Shown here: in pieces, positions 28,269 to 36,976 of the stretch
How the letters are laid out: every line of letters starts with the position of its first letter
How positions within the stretch are numbered: position 1 is the first letter of the stretch
From: Pseudomonadota bacterium
Lineage (GTDB): Bacteria > Pseudomonadota > Gammaproteobacteria > Burkholderiales > Gallionellaceae
Length of the DNA stretch: 64,000 nucleotides
Assembly: GCA_021782995.1 (NCBI GenBank)
Contig: JAJXUI010000006.1
Coordinates: 16,395 to 80,394, forward strand
Reading direction: 5' to 3'
Notes under the pieces: model-generated
Told to the model about the DNA's origin: nothing
Databases searched by the model: none
Seen by the model: the letters and a program-made list of their open reading frames with translations, nothing else
Position numbers and translations under genes: made by a program

Positions 28269-31001
28269 TCATGCCTTGTATATTTTGACTGCGCATTTCT
28301 TGAAGTCTGTCTGTTTGGAGATGGGACAGGTCGCATCCAGCGTCACTTTATTGATGAATACGCTTTCATCAAACCAGGGAACATAGATCAATCCTTTTGG
28401 TGGCCGGTTGCGGCCTTCGGTTTCAACTACAGCCCTGATCTTGCCGCGACGCGATTCGACCCAGGCGATGCTTTGCCGCTTCAGGCCGCGGGATTTGGCA
28501 TCTTCCGGGTGCATGTAGATCAGTGCAGCAGGCATAGCAAAATGCAGCTCGCGCACACGGCGGGTCATCGTGCCGGAATGCCAGTGTTCCAGCACGCGCC
28601 CGGTGCATAGCCACAGGTTGTAATCGTTGTCAGGCTGTTCGACGGGAGCGGCATAGGGCCGGAAGAAGATCTTGGCCTTGCCGGGGAAGCTGGTCTTTTC
28701 CGTATTGGTAATGCCGGCAAGGTTGCCGCTGGGCAGGGATTTGAACGCCTTGCCGTAGAAATCAAAACCACTGCCTTTTTTCACATAGGGGTCGTATTCT
28801 TCATTGAAGCGCCAGGCGGTTTCCTTGCCGTTGACCACCGGCCATTTCAGCCCGCGCACGCCTTCGGCAAAATACATGTCGAAGTCTGCAAGGTCATGAC
28901 CATGGCCACGCCCGAACTGGGCATATTCCTCGAATAATGCCTTTTCCGGGAACCAGTGATCGCCCAGCAGGCTTGCAGTCTGGTTTTCATGGCCTTTGGA
29001 GACTGCATCGGGCCACAGAAATTTTTTATTGTCTGGCGATGCAAAAAGCACTTCATACAGCGATGCTTCGCGTGAATAGGGGGAAGCGCCCAGCACATCC
29101 GGCAGTTTGCCATCTTCAAAGCCGGCTTCCTTCAGGCCGGGAATGGGCTGTTCTTTCCACAGGTCCTTCAGCTTGAAGCGCTTGGAAAATTCGATGATTT
29201 GCCACAGGTCGGTGCGCGCCTGGCCCGGTGCCGGAATCTGTTCGCGCCACATTTGCGTGCGGCGCTCGGCATTGCCATACGCGCCCCATTTTTCAAAGAT
29301 GATTGCTGAGGGCAGGATCAGGTCTGCAACTTTGGTGGAGATGCCGGGGTAGACATCCGACACGACGATGAAGTTGTCCTTTTCGCGGGCGGCATGGATC
29401 CAGTGGTTGGCATTGGCGGTGTCCTGGAAAGGATTGCAAACCTGTACCCAGGCCCATTTCATTTGACCGTCCTCAAGGTCGCGCAGCATTTTGGTGAAAT
29501 GGCTGCCGACTTTGGGATTCAACGTTTTGGGCGGGAGCTTCCACAGTGCTTCGGAATGTGCGCGATGTTCGGGATTGTTCACCACCATGTCTGCCGGCAG
29601 GCGATGTGAAAACACGCCCACTTCACGCGCGGTGCCGCAGGCGGAAGGCTGGCCTGTCAGCGAGAAGGCGCCGTTGCCGGGCGTGGCTTGTTTGCCCAGC
29701 AGCAAGTGCACCATATAGGCTTGTTCGTTGACCCAGGTGCCGCGCTGGTGCTGGTTGAAACCCATGGTCCAGAAGCTGACGACCTTGCGCGATTTTTCGA
29801 TATAGAGGTCTGCGAGTTTGGTGAGCTTGGCCTTGAAGTCTTCCAGCGATTCGTCCGGATCGCCTTTGGCGAGCTCAGCTACAAAGTCCAGCGTATAGGG
29901 TTCCACGCCTTGCTTGAAATCCTCGAGGGTGATCAGCCAGTGATTGTCCGGTTTGGCGCGGTTTTTCTGCTCGACTTTTTCACCGGCTGCCTTGCCTTGT
30001 GCGATGGCTTCGTCTTTGTTGAGTGTCATCACCAGTTCTTTGGCGTTGGTATCCTTCTCCGCTGGATTGTCATATTTGTCGCTGCCGCGCATGCCGTATC
30101 CGATATCTGTCGGCCCGGTGGCGAACACGCAATGCTTGTTGACGAAATCCCAGTTCACCGCATCGCGCTTGACGATTTCGCGCGCGATGAAGTTCATGAT
30201 GGCCAAATCGGTCTGTGGCTTGAAAACGATCTCCAGGTCGGCAATGCCTGAGGACATGTTGCTGATGGTGGTCAGGTTGACCACGCGCACATCCGGATTG
30301 CTCAATCGGCGATCGGTTACACGGGTCCACAGTACGGGATGCATTTCCGCCATGTTGGCCCCCCACAGCACCATGGTGTCGGTATGCTCGATGTCGTCAT
30401 AGTTGCCGGAAGGCTCGTCTATGCCGAAGGTCTGCATGAAACCTGCCACGGCAGAGGCCATGCAATGGCGGGCATTGGGATCAATGTTGTTGCTGCGGAA
30501 GCCGGCCTTGAACAGTTTTACTGCAGCATATCCCTCTTGCACTGTCTGCTGGCCTGAGCCGAAGAAGCCAACTGCAGTGGGACCTGCTTCGCTGTAATAG
30601 CGGTCGAACTGCTTTTTCATTTCCTCGAATGCCTGCTCCCATGAGACAGGATAGAAGTCGCCCTTTTTGTCGAAGTGTCCGTTTTTCATCCGCAGCATGG
30701 GTTGGGTCAGGCGGTCCTTGCCGTAAGGGATCTTGCCGTTGAAATAACCCTTGATGCAGTTGAGCCCGCGATTCACCGGTGCATCCACGTCGGCCTTGGT
30801 GGCGACAATCTTTCCGTGCTGCGTTGCAATCTGGATGCCACAGCCAACACCACAGAAACGGCATACGCCTTTATCCCAGCGCCAGCCGGCTTCGGCATCT
30901 GCCGTGGCAGCGCTTGCATATTCGCCGAGCGGCAGGTTGATGGCGGCGGCAGAGGTCGCCAGCAGGCTTTGTTTAAGGAATTTACGACGGGATGCACGCA
31001 T
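28269..31001 (-). CDS. napA: Periplasmic nitrate reductase catalytic subunit NapA (molybdopterin)
   Basis: Tat signal [20 protein letters not shown]. 4Fe-4S motif CRFCGVGCG. Molybdopterin oxidoreductase length. AGGAGGAAG RBS 6 nt before ATG 31001. The ORF-track start 31145 is over-extended. Confidence 0.92.
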   Translation of the reverse strand: MRASRRKFLKQSLLATSAAAINLPLGEYASAATADAEAGWRWDKGVCRFCGVGCGIQIATQHGKIVATKADVDAPVNRGLNCIKGYFNGKIPYGKDRLTQPMLRMKNGHFDKKGDFYPVSWEQAFEEMKKQFDRYYSEAGPTAVGFFGSGQQTVQEGYAAVKLFKAGFRSNNIDPNARHCMASAVAGFMQTFGIDEPSGNYDDIEHTDTMVLWGANMAEMHPVLWTRVTDRRLSNPDVRVVNLTTISNMSSGIADLEIVFKPQTDLAIMNFIAREIVKRDAVNWDFVNKHCVFATGPTDIGYGMRGSDKYDNPAEKDTNAKELVMTLNKDEAIAQGKAAGEKVEQKNRAKPDNHWLITLEDFKQGVEPYTLDFVAELAKGDPDESLEDFKAKLTKLADLYIEKSRKVVSFWTMGFNQHQRGTWVNEQAYMVHLLLGKQATPGNGAFSLTGQPSACGTAREVGVFSHRLPADMVVNNPEHRAHSEALWKLPPKTLNPKVGSHFTKMLRDLEDGQMKWAWVQVCNPFQDTANANHWIHAAREKDNFIVVSDVYPGISTKVADLILPSAIIFEKWGAYGNAERRTQMWREQIPAPGQARTDLWQIIEFSKRFKLKDLWKEQPIPGLKEAGFEDGKLPDVLGASPYSREASLYEVLFASPDNKKFLWPDAVSKGHENQTASLLGDHWFPEKALFEEYAQFGRGHGHDLADFDMYFAEGVRGLKWPVVNGKETAWRFNEEYDPYVKKGSGFDFYGKAFKSLPSGNLAGITNTEKTSFPGKAKIFFRPYAAPVEQPDNDYNLWLCTGRVLEHWHSGTMTRRVRELHFAMPAALIYMHPEDAKSRGLKRQSIAWVESRRGKIRAVVETEGRNRPPKGLIYVPWFDESVFINKVTLDATCPISKQTDFKKCAVKIYKA

Positions 31002-31127
31002 ACACTTCCTCCTCATTGAGTAAAGCAGCAAAACAATACGGCTATCTTGGACGCAGCGATCATTCCAGAATGCGGAGATGCTGATGTTTTCGTGTTTCAG
31101 TTTTGGTACAACGGCAAGGGTAATCTG

Positions 31128-31146
31128 ATTGTGGAATAACCACAAT
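31128..31146. promoter_or_regulatory. Perfect palindrome upstream of napA (candidate regulator site)
   Basis: ATTGTGG-AATAA-CCACAAT, about 127 nt upstream of the napA start. Confidence 0.3.
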
Positions 31147-31389
31147 TTGTCGAGTAAATTGCTCGGGATATGATGTATTTTGGATGCAGCTTAATTGGTA
31201 TGGCGGAAGCCTTGCCGTGCAGTAATTCTGGGCGTTTTTGGGCGGGCACGGAGTCCGTGCTGCATGATTGGCGGCTGATTTTGGATCCCAGGATTTCTGC
31301 TTCAGGAAAATTGGGTGATGGAAATGATCCATCCTGGTATCGAGCCAGGGTTGAAAAGTATGCTGGCAAGCCTGCGGCAATGCATTCAG

Positions 31390-31848
31390 TTATCGTACGT
31401 TTTTCTTGCCGTTTTTTTCCTTTTTCACCTTGCCCCAGTGCTTGAATTTTTTCTTGCAGAACGCCAGCAGCGAGTCGTAATCCTTGAAGTGCAGGTCGAA
31501 TCCTTCTTCGCGCGGGGCGTCGCGTTCGCAACTTTCATTGCTGTGGTCGCGACAGGCTTCGGGACGGGTCTCATAGATGCCGCAGCGGCCACCAGGCTGC
31601 AGGTGACTGCAGCGTCCTTCAAACAGCAGGTACCAGGTGCCATCATCGCGAAAGGCCTCCACGCCGGCATGCGACACTTGCCACAGCAAATTGGAAAAAT
31701 CGTGTTTGGTACGCGGTTTGGGGATGGGCTGGGTGACATAGGTGCAGCACAGCGAGCCCTTGCAGGAAGCGCATTTGTCTTCCGTGGCGGTATGCGTGCC
31801 TTCGGCCGCAATGGGGATGACGGTGGAGCGGTCTACTGGTGTTTTCAT
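31390..31848 (-). CDS. YkgJ-family (CxxCxxCC-type) cysteine-cluster protein
   Basis: CASCKGSLCC near the N-terminus and CSHLQPGGRCGIYETRPEACRD. Lys-rich tail. Confidence 0.65.
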   Translation of the reverse strand: MKTPVDRSTVIPIAAEGTHTATEDKCASCKGSLCCTYVTQPIPKPRTKHDFSNLLWQVSHAGVEAFRDDGTWYLLFEGRCSHLQPGGRCGIYETRPEACRDHSNESCERDAPREEGFDLHFKDYDSLLAFCKKKFKHWGKVKKEKNGKKNVR

Positions 31849-31902
31849 GGGGTTCTGACGGGGAAATATTGCAACTGGGTGGCGGTTTATGGTTGTGACA
31901 TT

Positions 31903-32910
31903 TTACTGGATAAGGCCGGTATACATGAAGTAGCCATAGGCACTGATCAGCGCAACGCCAACGACGCGGGGGATGCGGCCGAGGATGCCGATGGCAAGCA
32001 GGTGCACAGCGCCGGCGCCGAGTATGAGATAGCTGCCCATCTGGAAGCTGGCAGGGAGCTGGATGGGATGGATGACGGCATACAGGCCGATGCACATGGG
32101 GATGCAGATATGGCCATCGCCCACCTGCGAACTGACGACGATGTCAGGGCGTGCTTTATGCGCGTAGTACATTGCAATGAAGGCATTGGGCAGCACCATC
32201 AGCAATCCGCTGAACCAGCCGATTTTGGCGAAACTGAAAAGGGGGTTGCGGGAGATGGATATCCAGTCAACCAGATGATCCACGGCGTAGTAGATGCCAT
32301 AGGCGGAGATTGCGATCAGGGCCAGGTCGAGCAGCAGGCTCCAGTGCAGGGTGCGACTCTTGCGGATATTGTCCTTAAGCACCTCGATCACATGCAGGAT
32401 CTGCCAGAATACAAACAGGCCGATCAGGATCAGGCCATCGTAGAAGTTCAGTTCGCCATCATTGCCCAGTGCCCATAACGTGCCGGTGAACAGGAACAGG
32501 GCTACCAGGGTGAATACCAGGTTCAGCCGGTTGATGCGCGCAAATTCAGCCTGAGCTTTCTGCCGGGTCTTTTCTTTAGGCAGTGCAGTTGCGGCGCCAA
32601 ACAGGGCCGTCAGGCCGAGGATCAGGGTCAGGTTGGTCACATTGTTGACCAGGCTGTTGTCGATGACGGCGCCGCCATTGCTGTCGGATTTGCTCATGAC
32701 CAGCACGAACATCAGGTTCGCGAAGCCGGAGCAATAGGGCATGATCAGTGTTCCCAGCACGGTACCTTCAAAGCCCTTGCTTTCCATTACATGCAGTCGC
32801 CAGATCATCAGTGCGTTGGCAAGCGCGAAAATGGCGAGCAGCGCCAGCGGGTGCTTCAGGTAGGGCAGCAGCGGGGCGTAGTAGTTGACAATGCTGGTCA
32901 GGATGGACAT
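31903..32910 (-). CDS. CaCA-type (Na+/Ca2+ exchanger-like) membrane protein
   Basis: 335 aa, about 10 TM helices in two halves. Alpha-repeat-like GTLIMPYCSGFANL and SSQVGDGHICIPMCIG. Confidence 0.55.
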   Translation of the reverse strand: MSILTSIVNYYAPLLPYLKHPLALLAIFALANALMIWRLHVMESKGFEGTVLGTLIMPYCSGFANLMFVLVMSKSDSNGGAVIDNSLVNNVTNLTLILGLTALFGAATALPKEKTRQKAQAEFARINRLNLVFTLVALFLFTGTLWALGNDGELNFYDGLILIGLFVFWQILHVIEVLKDNIRKSRTLHWSLLLDLALIAISAYGIYYAVDHLVDWISISRNPLFSFAKIGWFSGLLMVLPNAFIAMYYAHKARPDIVVSSQVGDGHICIPMCIGLYAVIHPIQLPASFQMGSYLILGAGAVHLLAIGILGRIPRVVGVALISAYGYFMYTGLIQ

Positions 32911-33109
32911 GCAGATTTTTAGTGAGCTGCGGATTCGGTTGTCAGGTGGGCGGCATTATCCTTGCGGGTGTGACAGGGGTCAATTTCAAGTTGGCGAACG
33001 GTGCATATGCAAGCATTGATGGCCTGCAGGGGGCCTTCCGTCTGTTTGCTTTGGAGTATGGGCTGTGCTTTGTGTAAACTGCGTGCTTGATGAAACAGGA
33101 AGGAAATTC

Positions 33110-33673
33110 ATGAGTGATTCGGCACAGCAGGTGACACAGTTCAACGCGGCAGCCAATGAGGCCGCACAGCACATCGTACGCTATTTCCAGGGCAAAGGGT
33201 TTTCCCGCATCACGGAAGCGATGATGTTGCGTATCCACCAGATTGCCGGGGGGCGTGAGGAGATTGAAGAGGCGTTTGAGCTTGCGCAGGAGCAGGAAAA
33301 AATGCCCCCTTTGAACCGTTATTTTGAGATTCACCCCTACGGATTTTTCTCGGAGGTGCGTAGTTTGGTCGAGGCCAAGAGTGCGCTCAGGGGCGATTTT
33401 ACGTTGTCCTTGCTGTATGAAGTCCCGAAAGTCTATTTCGAGCCTGCGCCGGTAATGGCGGATGACCCGCTGGCCAGCGGCACGAAATATGATGTGATGA
33501 TGAAGCTGGATGATGCGGTGGATGGGTATGCAGTTGTTTTCCTGCTGAATGATCCGGATGCATCTTTCATCGATTATGTCGGTACGCATCCTGGCGCTGA
33601 CTGGGAGAGTATTATCGGTGAATTAAAGGTTGCCACGACGCGTCTTGTTGATGCTTTTGATCCGGAAGACTGA
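33110..33673 (+). CDS. Hypothetical acidic protein
   Basis: ATG 33110 preceded by AGGAAGGAAA. 187 aa. No recognisable motif. Confidence 0.5.
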   Translation: MSDSAQQVTQFNAAANEAAQHIVRYFQGKGFSRITEAMMLRIHQIAGGREEIEEAFELAQEQEKMPPLNRYFEIHPYGFFSEVRSLVEAKSALRGDFTLSLLYEVPKVYFEPAPVMADDPLASGTKYDVMMKLDDAVDGYAVVFLLNDPDASFIDYVGTHPGADWESIIGELKVATTRLVDAFDPED

Positions 33674-33742
33674 CGTACTGACATTGTTATTGGCTGGTAG
33701 TCGATAAGGCCTGTGTGGTGATGGGTCTGGAGTCATGAAAAT

Positions 33743-33755
33743 AAAATAATATAAT
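33743..33755 (+). repeat. AAAATAATATAAT 13-mer (core of a ~45-nt AT-rich post-gene element)
   Basis: TGAAAATAAAATAATATAATCATGGAATTATGGATTATATTCGGCC at 33736-33781. Confidence 0.65.
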
Positions 33756-34163
33756 CATGGAATTATGGATTATATTCGGCCTGCTGCCGACAGGTTGCCA
33801 GTGATAAGCCAGTGACTGCTTGTGCAGGTGAAAATCAAACTTTCATTGCTTTTAAATTGATATCGCTAGCACAGTTAAACCTGATGATGCGGTCGTCAAT
33901 TGCTCAAGGCACATGAAAGGAATCAGGTGCATATCCCGCAGGGTCATGGCCGGGTATGGGAAATGCTTGCGGCTTGTCAGTCAGGATCATGCTGGGTCGC
34001 GCGTAGCCAGTCGCTGAGGATCACCAGGTTAGGCCGCTTGACTGCTTTGATCGAAATGAATGTGGCTGCCTGCAAGCGGTATGTGGTTGAGCTGATGCGC
34101 ACATCGCATCAATGTGGGTGAAAGATTCGCGTATCTGCATCCTGCATGTTGTCGCGCATCAGG

Positions 34164-34205
34164 CTTGCCCGTCATGGCGAGTGAAGGCGGGCAAGTTTGT
34201 TTTTG
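34164..34205 (+). terminator. Orphan terminator-like hairpin in a 650-nt gene-poor gap
   Basis: CTTGCCCG-(16 nt)-CGGGCAAG followed by TTTGTTTTTG. No convincing CDS precedes it. Confidence 0.45.
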
Positions 34206-34329
34206 TCTGTTGCCGCATATAAACGATGTTCTGATAGATTAATCCGGAATTTTGATTACAATAGACAGCAGCTGTGAGGTTTTGCAGCATCTGCTTTGTA
34301 GCAAGACATTAATAGGGGGAATGTTGGTT

Positions 34330-34815
34330 ATGAGTGATAGTGCTGATTACAAGAAACTGCAAAAGGGTTCCATGTGCGCCGAGCTGGATGCTGATGAAGC
34401 GCAGGTGCTATCCGGCAAGATGGGTGTACGCGAGTTGAAGGATGGCGAGCTGTTGATCAAGGAAGGAGATTCGGACAACTCGCTGTTCATTCTCGCGGCT
34501 GGCAAGCTTGCGGTGATCAGCAAAGGCGCGAATGGCACGGAAAATGTGGTCTACACGATGAAGGAAGGAGAGTGTGCCGGTACCCGTGCCTTTGTGGACC
34601 GCACTCCACGCAAGGCAACGTTGCGCGCTGTAGGCAATGCGACGGTATTCACGCTGTCCCCGGATGATTTCGAAAAGCTGGTGGATAGCCATCCGCGCAT
34701 CGTATACAAAGTGATGCGTGCGCTTTTCCGCATTACGCATACCAACCTGATGCGGATGAACCAGGAAAGTCAGGTGCTTTCCAATTACATCCATAAAAAA
34801 CAAGGCCGCTTCTGA
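34330..34815 (+). CDS. Stand-alone cyclic-nucleotide-binding (CAP effector) domain protein, no HTH
   Basis: LKDGELLIKEGDSDNSLFILAAGKLAV ... GECAGTRAFVD..PRKATLRAV are cNMP-binding beta-roll motifs. About 160 aa. Start 34321 or 34330. Confidence 0.8.
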   Translation: MSDSADYKKLQKGSMCAELDADEAQVLSGKMGVRELKDGELLIKEGDSDNSLFILAAGKLAVISKGANGTENVVYTMKEGECAGTRAFVDRTPRKATLRAVGNATVFTLSPDDFEKLVDSHPRIVYKVMRALFRITHTNLMRMNQESQVLSNYIHKKQGRF

Positions 34816-34886
34816 TTCAGCATGTCTGTTCATGCCGGATAGCCAGCCCATTCAGCAAGCATCCGGCATGATTTTCTGATTTCCTT

Positions 34887-34914
34887 AAGGCCTGCTTGCA
34901 GGCCTTCAATTTTT
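34887..34914 (+). terminator. Rho-independent terminator after the cNMP-binding gene
   Basis: AAGGCCTG-cttg-CAGGCCTT then CAATTTTT. A second, longer hairpin lies at 34831-34870. Confidence 0.7.
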
Positions 34915-35126
34915 CAATACACTCGATTTTCAGCGTAGCAGTATGGGCGGCATGGACTGCGTGTTTTCCATTCGGGTGCATCGACATGATTTTTCCTGCC
35001 TGATCCGAATCGTAATGGAGGGTAATAAGGATGAAAATGGAGATGAGAAAATATTCATAAAATCATTTGCTTGCCTGAAAATTGCGGTATACTCGGTCAC
35101 AATGAAATTTTTCAATTCGAATTTGA

Positions 35127-35531
35127 ATGAATAACACCAGCAAGCTGCCAGTTTTGCAACCGATGCGCTCGCTGTCTGCCGATGGGCAACAGACAGGTCT
35201 TGCCGCGCGCGGACTGGATATGCTGGGTGCATTGCCGCAGGTTCAGGAAGACGATACTGCCGATCTGCAATGGAAACTCGGCTGTGAATACCTGAAAGGG
35301 AATGGGTCTGAAAGCGATTATGCCTGGGCGTATTACTGGTTCAGCAATGCGGCACACCTTGGGCATGTTGAGGCACAATTTGCGCTGGCCTCAATGTATG
35401 AAGCGGGCACTGGGGTGAAGCAGGATGATGCACAGGCCATTGCCTGGTACCAGAAAGCCGCGATGCAGGGACATGCCTGGGCAACTTATAACCTGGATAT
35501 GCGCGGTATACGGGTTGAGACACAAGAATGA
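35127..35531 (+). CDS. Sel1-repeat (TPR-like) protein
   Basis: Two clear Sel1 repeats: AWAYYWFSNAAHLGHVEAQFALASMYEAGTGVKQDDAQAIAWYQKAAMQGH. Confidence 0.8.
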   Translation: MNNTSKLPVLQPMRSLSADGQQTGLAARGLDMLGALPQVQEDDTADLQWKLGCEYLKGNGSESDYAWAYYWFSNAAHLGHVEAQFALASMYEAGTGVKQDDAQAIAWYQKAAMQGHAWATYNLDMRGIRVETQE

Positions 35532-35576
35532 CCGGGTGTCCTGCCCGGCCGGGTGTATCCGGCATATTTCATCCAG

Positions 35577-36320
35577 ATGACTGCTGAATTTGAGGAACAA
35601 GAGCTTGCCGCCCTTGAAGCGGAACAGGCTCAACTGGAAGAGCAAGTTGCACAGTTCGAGCTGGAGCGTGAAACGGCGAAATCCGATGTGGCGCGCTTCC
35701 AGAAACGATATAACGAACTGGTAGGTCGCTTGTATGTCGAGCTGGATGAGCTCAATGCCGCACTGGCCAGGCAGTTGCTGGACGGCAATCCGGATGATGT
35801 GGTGCTGATCGGACAGGCAGCGTCCGCAGACGCGCAAGCGCGAAAATCGGCTGAAGATGCCGGCCTGATCGAGGCTCAACCTTCCCCGCCTGCCGAAATA
35901 TCCCCTGAATGCAAGAAAACCTATCGCAAGGCGGCAATGCTGATGCATCCAGACCGTGCCACCAGCGAAATCGAGCGCGCGCGGCGTACGCAGATGATGG
36001 CGAAAGTGAACCTGGCTTACGAGAGTGGCGACCAGGCGGCACTGGAAAAACTGATCGTGGAGTTTGGTGAAGACCCGGAAGCGGTCAGTGGCGAGGAAGA
36101 GTCTGCGCGACTGGAAAAGGCCAGGCGCCGGATTGCACAATTGCGTCGTCGACTGGATGAAATCGGTACCGAAATGGATATCCTGAAAATAAGCGAGATT
36201 TTCAGGTTAAAGGCAAGCGTTGAGGAGGCATCAGCAAAAGGTGTGAATCTGCTGGCTGAGATGGCGAGGCGACTGGTGATGGAAATCACCTTGCTCAGGC
36301 GGAAACTGAAGCCCGAATGA
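35577..36320 (+). CDS. J-domain protein with N- and C-terminal coiled coils
   Basis: KKTYRKAAMLMHPDR with the HPD tripeptide. Flanking heptad-rich EQ/RL segments. Confidence 0.8.
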   Translation: MTAEFEEQELAALEAEQAQLEEQVAQFELERETAKSDVARFQKRYNELVGRLYVELDELNAALARQLLDGNPDDVVLIGQAASADAQARKSAEDAGLIEAQPSPPAEISPECKKTYRKAAMLMHPDRATSEIERARRTQMMAKVNLAYESGDQAALEKLIVEFGEDPEAVSGEEESARLEKARRRIAQLRRRLDEIGTEMDILKISEIFRLKASVEEASAKGVNLLAEMARRLVMEITLLRRKLKPE

Positions 36321-36374
36321 AGATATTTCCAGGCAGGGATTTTGAGTCCCCCGCCATAGTCTTGGCGAGTCCGG

Positions 36375-36893
36375 CTATATGGACATGACAAACTCGTCGT
36401 AGCTCATGCCTTTTCCAGCGAGCAGGTCGTCCAGTATCTTGCTCGAAGCTTCGATGGCTTTTGCAGCACCCGCCTGTTTTTCCGCGGCCAGCATCTGGGC
36501 ATAGATCGGTTCTATCGTGGCACGTCCCGAATCTTTGGGTTTGCCACGCCACGAGGTATACCCCTTGAGATTGCCGTTTTCGTCAAAGGACGGCGTGACG
36601 GTGGCATAGACCCAGTAGTAACCGCCATCCTTGGACATGTTTTTTACATAGGCAATGCATTCCTGCTGGTTCTGGATTTTGTCCCACAGCAGCTTGAAAA
36701 TGGCGCGTGGCATATCGGGATGCCGCACGATGTTGTGCTGGGAGCCAAGCAGCTCATTTTCGGTATAGCCTGAAAATTCGACGAAGATCTTATTCGCGTA
36801 GGTGATCTTGCCTTTGGGGTCAGTCCTGGAAAAAATCAGGTCCTTTTCACGCATGACTCTTTCGACATTGGTCGGGGCAATCTGGTTTTTCAT
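36375..36893 (-). CDS. Stand-alone PAS domain protein (Aer-type PAS)
   Basis: SRTDPKGKITYANKIFVEFSGYTENELLGSQHNIVRHPDMP... is typical of Aer/Aer2-like PAS domains. 172 aa with no output domain. Confidence 0.8.
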   Translation of the reverse strand: MKNQIAPTNVERVMREKDLIFSRTDPKGKITYANKIFVEFSGYTENELLGSQHNIVRHPDMPRAIFKLLWDKIQNQQECIAYVKNMSKDGGYYWVYATVTPSFDENGNLKGYTSWRGKPKDSGRATIEPIYAQMLAAEKQAGAAKAIEASSKILDDLLAGKGMSYDEFVMSI

Positions 36894-36976
36894 CCGGACT
36901 CCTGCAGGTTGGGTTCATGGTCTTGAGTGTCGCCGCTGCATGATACTCTAACTGTTATGCCTGAAAAATGCCTGAC

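Noticed and set aside
28269-31145. Long N-terminal extensions in the ORF track for napA. Similar extensions occur at 7085, 9097, 12595, 15358, 25790, 39061, 42982, 54213, 56076 and 61495.
   Set aside because: Internal starts coincide with signal peptides, Tat motifs, family-typical N-termini or good RBS spacing. The feature table uses the trimmed coordinates.
31002-31389. A napD or napE small gene upstream of napA
   Set aside because: The only ORFs here (for example 31060-31380 on the minus strand) have Cys/His/Pro/Gln-rich sequences unlike NapD or NapE, and they lack an RBS.
31315-32478. 387-aa ORF on the plus strand
   Set aside because: It is antisense to the YkgJ-like and CaCA-type genes, which have clear motifs and TM patterns. 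Its Ala/Gly/Asp-rich composition is shadow-frame-like.
33900-34121. 73-aa ORF in the gene-poor gap
   Set aside because: There is no RBS, the composition is Cys/Arg/Trp-rich, and it uses a TTG start. It is kept only as context for the orphan-terminator finding.
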